Of a DNA stretch of 12,011 bases, positions 7,217 through 12,011 are shown in pieces. Position 1 is the stretch's first letter; each line of letters opens with the position of its first letter. A program made the position numbers and the translations under genes. The notes under the pieces are model-generated. The model had not been told where the DNA came from and did no database searches. It was given only the letters and a program-made list of their open reading frames with translations. The stretch spans positions 1-12,011 of the forward strand of contig DAIDHG010000004.1 of the NCBI GenBank assembly GCA_027452085.1, read 5' to 3'. Source of the DNA: a bacterium (GTDB lineage: Bacteria; Babelota; Babeliae; Babelales; JABCYS01).

Positions 7217-7675
7217 TTACGGGGGTAATAACTTAATTGCACCGCCAGACACCGACGCCAAAAAAGCATCTCGTTCCTTGCGAGCATTTTCGTAGGCGAG
7301 ACCACCCTCCTGGGCTGCTTTATATACCTTTTCATTCAACTCTTTTAAACGAACAGCCACTTTTTTGCGACGATCTTCAAGCTCATAGGCAGCCCGCACC
7401 TTTTTTTGCACCGGTTCAATGCGTGCTGCAATTTGCACCTCATTTTCTGCTTGCTTATGTTTCATGAGCAGCTCTTCTTCTGCAGTGCGCGTTTGGATAT
7501 CGCGCATCTCTTTTTTAGTGGCCTCGTGCTCAACGACCGGGGCATAGCCCGGCTGCAACTGCAAATTTTTCTGTTCATCTAAAGGCGAGACCGAAATCTG
7601 TCGCGTATGCGCCATTTCAGCATGCGCCAGCGACACACATACACCGGCAAAAAGAATGATTAATTTGTAATGCAT
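7217..7675 (-). CDS. Hypothetical secreted protein, charged coiled-coil
   Basis: Sec-type signal MHYKLIILFAGVCVSLAHA, followed by an E/K/R/A-rich helical body. AGGAAG RBS overlaps the upstream gene's stop codon (7-nt gap). Confidence 0.75.
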   Translation of the reverse strand: MHYKLIILFAGVCVSLAHAEMAHTRQISVSPLDEQKNLQLQPGYAPVVEHEATKKEMRDIQTRTAEEELLMKHKQAENEVQIAARIEPVQKKVRAAYELEDRRKKVAVRLKELNEKVYKAAQEGGLAYENARKERDAFLASVSGGAIKLLPP

Positions 7676-7682
7676 GCTCTTC

Positions 7683-9611
7683 CTATTTAATTGCTAGATT
7701 TGTCCATTGCGTAGGGGGGTTGCCTGTGCTGTCTACGGCTGGCGGTTGTTTGCCCGCAGATAATGGCCAAATAACTATTGGGGTGGCAGCGGTTAAATCA
7801 TCAGAAAAATGATAGGGAAATGTGGCCTTGAAAACTTTATTTTCCAGATATGCACAACGAGCGGTCGTTGTGGTAGCCAGTGAAATGTCTGCTATGCCTG
7901 TTTGGCAGCCAAAGACTTTATTACCGACTACCCAATTATCTTGGTTAAATCGTTGGCCGCCAATGATACCGGTGCCTTCACTAGTCAGCAATGCATCTTC
8001 AAGCGCGATGCCTGTACCGCAGAAAATAAGATCTGCCGGCTGGAGATGCTGCACACTGTTAATAACACAATGCTCAATAAAACAACCCTGGCCACCGCGA
8101 ATAGTTATACCAAATGCGTTGCTATTATGAGCAGAGCGATCGATAGCGTGGCTCACAATGCAGTTGCGGTAAACGAGGCCATTCAGCGGTGTTACGGTCA
8201 TATAGATATCAAAAGGTGAAGATGACATACCAACGCCAATGCGCTTGGTGCCGTCAATGGTTACTACATCTTCAATAGCTGCATAAAAACCTTCTACACC
8301 CTGAAAACTTGCGGGATGCTCGTTATTCTGATCAAGATTAAACACGCGACATTGCTCATGTAGAATGTTAGCCGATTGATGGTTTGCAAAACCCCTAAAG
8401 CCATTATCGATCTGCCAAGGAATATCTGATGCAACGCCACCCATAGCATCACATCCAAGATATGAAACATTACAACATTCTTGCACCTGATATAGCCGTG
8501 CTGCATGAGAAGACTGACAGTTAATAAGCGTCACGCCATCAGACCATACTTTATCAAAATTTGAGCCGTGGATATTCAGCGCGGGAGCGCCTGCAAGTGC
8601 GCGATGATTATTATGTGCTGTGCAATCTGAAATTCGTATCCCAAAACAGCGAAGGTTGTAGATATCATCATGAATGGCAAAACCTTGCAAGCACAACCCG
8701 GATGGTACGCCATCACCAGCACTTATATTCTCGGCAAAATGGCAACGCTCAACCGTTGCTTCACAAACTGCCGCCAACAACGCACCAGCATTTCTTGAAA
8801 CCGCACCCGAGGTCGTCACTTGGTTGCTCATACACTGACTTTGTTCAATATGCACAGCGTCAGCAAAGGCGATCACTAAACCAGCAACCGTCTGGCGACC
8901 GTAATTTTCATTAAACATACAAGAATGGCATTGAATATTGCTACACCGTTGATCTGGTGTACCGCGAATGTAAACCCCGGCCGAAATCTGTTGTTGCATC
9001 TGTAACAAGGTGTACCAGCCACGATCATTGATCGCACCTTGGTGTGCGGTGCTATATACCAGATTTGAAAAGGTTTGGATCAAATGAGCATCTGTAACCA
9101 TTGGCTGGCCATTGGTCTGTGCACCATTGCCGTTAAAGATCGAATCCCGAATACAAACATTACTACATTCAGCCATAAATAAGCCAACCGTTCCACAATT
9201 CAAAACCATAAGATCTTGTAAGCGAATATCATGGCACTGCTTTTCAAATAAAATGCCGCATTCATGCGCTCGATTAACGGAGCCATGTTGAATGACAATA
9301 TTTGATAAACCGGCATTGACGTGAATGCCACGTATGCCATCGGAACAATCAAGCGTAAATCCATTGAGATCAATGGTTGCATCAGATGTAGCTACCGTGA
9401 TTGCTGGCTCTGATTTATTTTCACTACTGAGTGGTTCGATGATGATATATTTGCCAGGTTTGGTTACCGTGAAGGGCAACTTCTCCTGCGTAATCGGTAT
9501 GCCCCCGAGCACCGCCCATTGGGAAACGAGGGGCATCAGCACCATTTCAAAGGCAGCATGTGCCTGTGCAACAAATAAAAGTGGCGCAATAAACCTCAGA
9601 TGTATTTTCAT
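7683..9611 (-). CDS. Secreted right-handed parallel beta-helix (pectin lyase-like fold) protein
   Basis: Signal MKIHLRFIAPLLFVAQAHA, then cap PFTVTKPGKYII...ITV.TSDATIDLNGFTL, and repeated coils such as GIHV..GLSNIVIQHGSV, GILF..CHDIRLQDLMV, GLFM.ECSNVCIRDSIFNGN. Confidence 0.85.
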   Translation of the reverse strand: MKIHLRFIAPLLFVAQAHAAFEMVLMPLVSQWAVLGGIPITQEKLPFTVTKPGKYIIIEPLSSENKSEPAITVATSDATIDLNGFTLDCSDGIRGIHVNAGLSNIVIQHGSVNRAHECGILFEKQCHDIRLQDLMVLNCGTVGLFMAECSNVCIRDSIFNGNGAQTNGQPMVTDAHLIQTFSNLVYSTAHQGAINDRGWYTLLQMQQQISAGVYIRGTPDQRCSNIQCHSCMFNENYGRQTVAGLVIAFADAVHIEQSQCMSNQVTTSGAVSRNAGALLAAVCEATVERCHFAENISAGDGVPSGLCLQGFAIHDDIYNLRCFGIRISDCTAHNNHRALAGAPALNIHGSNFDKVWSDGVTLINCQSSHAARLYQVQECCNVSYLGCDAMGGVASDIPWQIDNGFRGFANHQSANILHEQCRVFNLDQNNEHPASFQGVEGFYAAIEDVVTIDGTKRIGVGMSSSPFDIYMTVTPLNGLVYRNCIVSHAIDRSAHNSNAFGITIRGGQGCFIEHCVINSVQHLQPADLIFCGTGIALEDALLTSEGTGIIGGQRFNQDNWVVGNKVFGCQTGIADISLATTTTARCAYLENKVFKATFPYHFSDDLTAATPIVIWPLSAGKQPPAVDSTGNPPTQWTNLAIK

Positions 9612-9643
9612 TACCAGTGCCCTATCATGCTGCTCTTATCTTT

Positions 9644-9673
9644 AGCGTAGCGCGACTGCAACTCAAAGTGCAA
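9644..9673 (-). promoter_or_regulatory. Putative sigma70-type promoter for the beta-helix/coiled-coil gene pair
   Basis: Minus strand TTGCAC (9673-9668), 18-nt spacer, TACGCT (9649-9644). Confidence 0.35.
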
Positions 9674-9718
9674 TCAATGTCTCCGCCAGTGTAATAATAA
9701 TGCAGCACAACCGAATAG

Positions 9719-9779
9719 TTGCGAGCTCATATAGTTTCCGTAGACTAGCCATATCATTGCATAAGCTTGGATTAAGGAG
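9719..9779 (+). promoter_or_regulatory. Putative sigma70-type promoter and RBS for the CPBP protease gene
   Basis: TTGCGA (9719-9724), 16-nt spacer, TAGACT (9741-9746). AAGGAG at 9774-9779 lies 5 nt before ATG 9785. Confidence 0.45.
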
Positions 9780-9784
9780 ATTGT

Positions 9785-12011
9785 ATGATTTCAGCTATGT
9801 CTACTCGCAAACCATTATTTTGGCTCTGCGCTACAGCACTTTCTGCTGCCGGCGTTTGGTTTGCTTTCCAACATTACAGCGTTGCTTTTCCGATTGCCCA
9901 GGTCGATATCAAATTTTCCCGCAAACAGGCAATTGATGAAGCAGAAAAAATTTGTACCGACTACGGGTTAGGTCCCCACCATAATTATCGGCAAGCGGCA
10001 TCATTTGAAACTGATCAGGCCACGCAACTCTATGTTGAACTGGAAGCTGGTGGCAGCACCGCATTCAATCATATGGTAACTGGCACTTTATATGCGCCCT
10101 TCACCTGGCATGTGCGCCACTTTGCAGAAGGTGATCCGCATGAGGTCACCGTTATTTTAAAACCTGATGGCACGCATTATGGCTTTACCGAAAAAATTGG
10201 CGAGCAAACGCCCGGGCCGGCATTATCAACCGACCAGGCACGTTCTTTGGCTGAAGTAGCAGCCAAAGCGTGGCAGGTAAGCGACCAATACATGTTAGTA
10301 GAATCATCAAAAGAGACACGGCCAAATGGGCGCGTTGATCACACGTTCACCTATGAGCTACCCCAAAAGATTGGTGAGGGGCGCTATCGGTATAAGATAG
10401 TGGTCAGCGGCGACAAAGTAACATGCGTTGAACCATCTATTAAAGTTCCAGAAAGCTTTTATAAACATTACAGCGCGCTTCGCTCCGGCAATCAAACGTT
10501 ACGACAAATTGCGGTTGTGCTTGTGCTCATCCTGTATTTACTTATTGGTTGCTACGGTGGCCTCTTTTATCTTTTGCGACGCGGCCAAGTTATTTGGAAA
10601 CAACCTATTTTTTGGTCACTTATTATTGCGCTGCTTACCTCCATCGATTCATTAAATGGGCTCCCACTTGCGTGGATGAAATATGATACTGCCACCTCGG
10701 TAAACAATTTCTTATTCACGCAACTATCACAGGTGCTCATCTATTTTATTGAGACATTTTTAGTAACCCTGCTGGTGGCTGTTATTGTTGCCGAAGGATT
10801 TACGCGCCTGGCTTTTCCAAACAAGGTGCAGTTATGGCGCACGTGGTCTGTTGATGTAGCGGCAAGCCCCACCATTGCGGGCCAAACCATTGGCGGCTAC
10901 CTACTGGTTGGCTTTGAGCTCGGCTTCTCGATGGTGCTCTTTTATATGATAGCGCGACAATATTTTGGCTGGTGGGTGCCATCACAAACACTTGCCGATC
11001 CTAATGTGCTTGCGCTCTATGTGCCGTGGCTACATCCCATTGCACAATCGTTGCACGCTGGCTTTTGGGAAGAGTGTCTTTTCCGCGCCGTGCCGCTTGG
11101 AGGGGCCGCATTATTGGGGCAACGATACGGCAAACGCACGCTTTTTATTGCTATTGCCATGGTTGTGCAAACACTCATTTTTGGCATGGGCCATGCCCAT
11201 TATCCTGCCGAGCCGGCATATGCGCGTGTGGTAGAACTGGTTGGTACATCGCTCATCTTTGGTTTTCTCTATTTATGGTACGGTCTATTGCCCATCATCA
11301 TTTCACATTTTATTTATGACACCGTGTTAATTGCTTTGCCTATTTTTATTTCACATGCCGCCGGTTCATGGATTGATAAGTTGATTGTTGTACTCTTAGC
11401 CCTCATACCAGTATGGATAGTGCTCTATCGCCGACTGCAAAATGGTCGCTGGGCAGCGGTGCCGGCTGATGCCTACAATAAAGCCTATGTGCCAACTGCA
11501 CACAGCATCACCATTTCTGCCGCTGGAATTCAGTCAAGCTCATGGTTATTAAAACGCTTTGGCAACAAAAAAACTATAGCGGCAAGCGCAATGTGTTTTA
11601 TTGCCGCTGTTACTGGGTGGGCATTACTTACACGATTTAGCCATGATGAAACGCCATTAAAACTAACCAGAGACAAGGCCATAGCATTAGCGCGTGAGGA
11701 GCTCGCAAAACGACAGGTACAACTCAAAGATTGGCAAGTATTGGCTACCGTTAACAGCCAAGAACAAAAAGAAGATCGCTTCATTTGGCAACAATTTTGT
11801 CGCCCACTCTATCGTGAGCTGATGCATGAGTTTTATTTAACCCCACCAAGCTGGCAAGTGCGTTTTGCAAAATGGCATGGCAATCTCGCCGATCGGGCAG
11901 AAGAATATCATATATTCATTGCACGCGATGGCACCGTCACCAGGTATCAGCATAAACTGCCACAGCACACTCACGGCGCGTCACTGACCGAGCATGATGC
12001 GCGCGAGCTTG
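9785..12011 (+). CDS. Large CPBP family (CAAX protease type II/Abi) intramembrane glutamic/metalloprotease; 3' end runs off the window
   Basis: Manual translation from ATG 9785 (MISAMSTRKPLFWLC...) is open for 742 codons to the window edge. CPBP motifs AGFWEECLFR (EE at 11069-11074), FGMGH (11180-11194) and SHFIYD sit in a multi-pass transmembrane region; strong RBS. Confidence 0.92.
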   Translation, partial: MISAMSTRKPLFWLCATALSAAGVWFAFQHYSVAFPIAQVDIKFSRKQAIDEAEKICTDYGLGPHHNYRQAASFETDQATQLYVELEAGGSTAFNHMVTGTLYAPFTWHVRHFAEGDPHEVTVILKPDGTHYGFTEKIGEQTPGPALSTDQARSLAEVAAKAWQVSDQYMLVESSKETRPNGRVDHTFTYELPQKIGEGRYRYKIVVSGDKVTCVEPSIKVPESFYKHYSALRSGNQTLRQIAVVLVLILYLLIGCYGGLFYLLRRGQVIWKQPIFWSLIIALLTSIDSLNGLPLAWMKYDTATSVNNFLFTQLSQVLIYFIETFLVTLLVAVIVAEGFTRLAFPNKVQLWRTWSVDVAASPTIAGQTIGGYLLVGFELGFSMVLFYMIARQYFGWWVPSQTLADPNVLALYVPWLHPIAQSLHAGFWEECLFRAVPLGGAALLGQRYGKRTLFIAIAMVVQTLIFGMGHAHYPAEPAYARVVELVGTSLIFGFLYLWYGLLPIIISHFIYDTVLIALPIFISHAAGSWIDKLIVVLLALIPVWIVLYRRLQNGRWAAVPADAYNKAYVPTAHSITISAAGIQSSSWLLKRFGNKKTIAASAMCFIAAVTGWALLTRFSHDETPLKLTRDKAIALAREELAKRQVQLKDWQVLATVNSQEQKEDRFIWQQFCRPLYRELMHEFYLTPPSWQVRFAKWHGNLADRAEEYHIFIARDGTVTRYQHKLPQHTHGASLTEHDAREL

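Noticed and set aside
7205..7219. AAAAC-TG-GTTTT inverted repeat between convergent radA and the secreted-protein gene as a terminator
   Set aside because: The stem is short and AT-rich with a 2-nt loop, too weak for an intrinsic terminator.
4937..7467. ORFs 4937-5206, 5134-5460, 5615-5926, 5964-6233, 6236-6676, 7068-7295, 7237-7467
   Set aside because: Shadows of murA, tdk, radA and the secreted protein; no supporting evidence.
7822..9645. Short ORFs overlapping the beta-helix gene
   Set aside because: Antisense or out-of-frame shadows.
9700..11784. Short ORFs listed in the track for 9700-11784, which could suggest a fragmented pseudogene
   Set aside because: A single uninterrupted frame from 9785 to the window end encodes the CPBP protease. 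The track omitted it, presumably because it has no stop codon in the window.
1..12011. CRISPR array, tRNA/rRNA, IS transposase or prophage
   Set aside because: No regularly spaced repeats, RNA-gene motifs or transposase/integrase ORFs were seen; intergenic gaps are all under 180 nt.

Overview
Densely packed bacterial chromosomal window with nine CDSs: a truncated YacP/Rae1-like NYN ribonuclease (minus strand, not in the ORF track), a stand-alone divergent ATP synthase gamma gene (atpG), a membrane-anchored Sel1/TPR-repeat protein, murA, tdk, radA, a small secreted coiled-coil protein, a secreted right-handed beta-helix protein, and a truncated large CPBP/Abi-family intramembrane metalloprotease (plus strand, also not in the ORF track). 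The gene style suggests a host-associated or intracellular lineage such as Dependentiae (TM6/Babeliae); this is inference only. No RNA genes, CRISPR arrays or transposases are visible. Most notable: (1) murA carries an in-frame insertion of about 26-31 codons that is a nested DNA palindrome flanked by an imperfect 8-nt direct repeat, and atpG has a smaller in-frame hairpin segment flanked by an imperfect 9-nt direct repeat, which suggests RPE-like palindromic elements inserting into essential genes; (2) MurA has Asp at the fosfomycin-reactive Cys position; (3) the Sel1 protein has two signal-like segments plus a transmembrane helix, like an effector.
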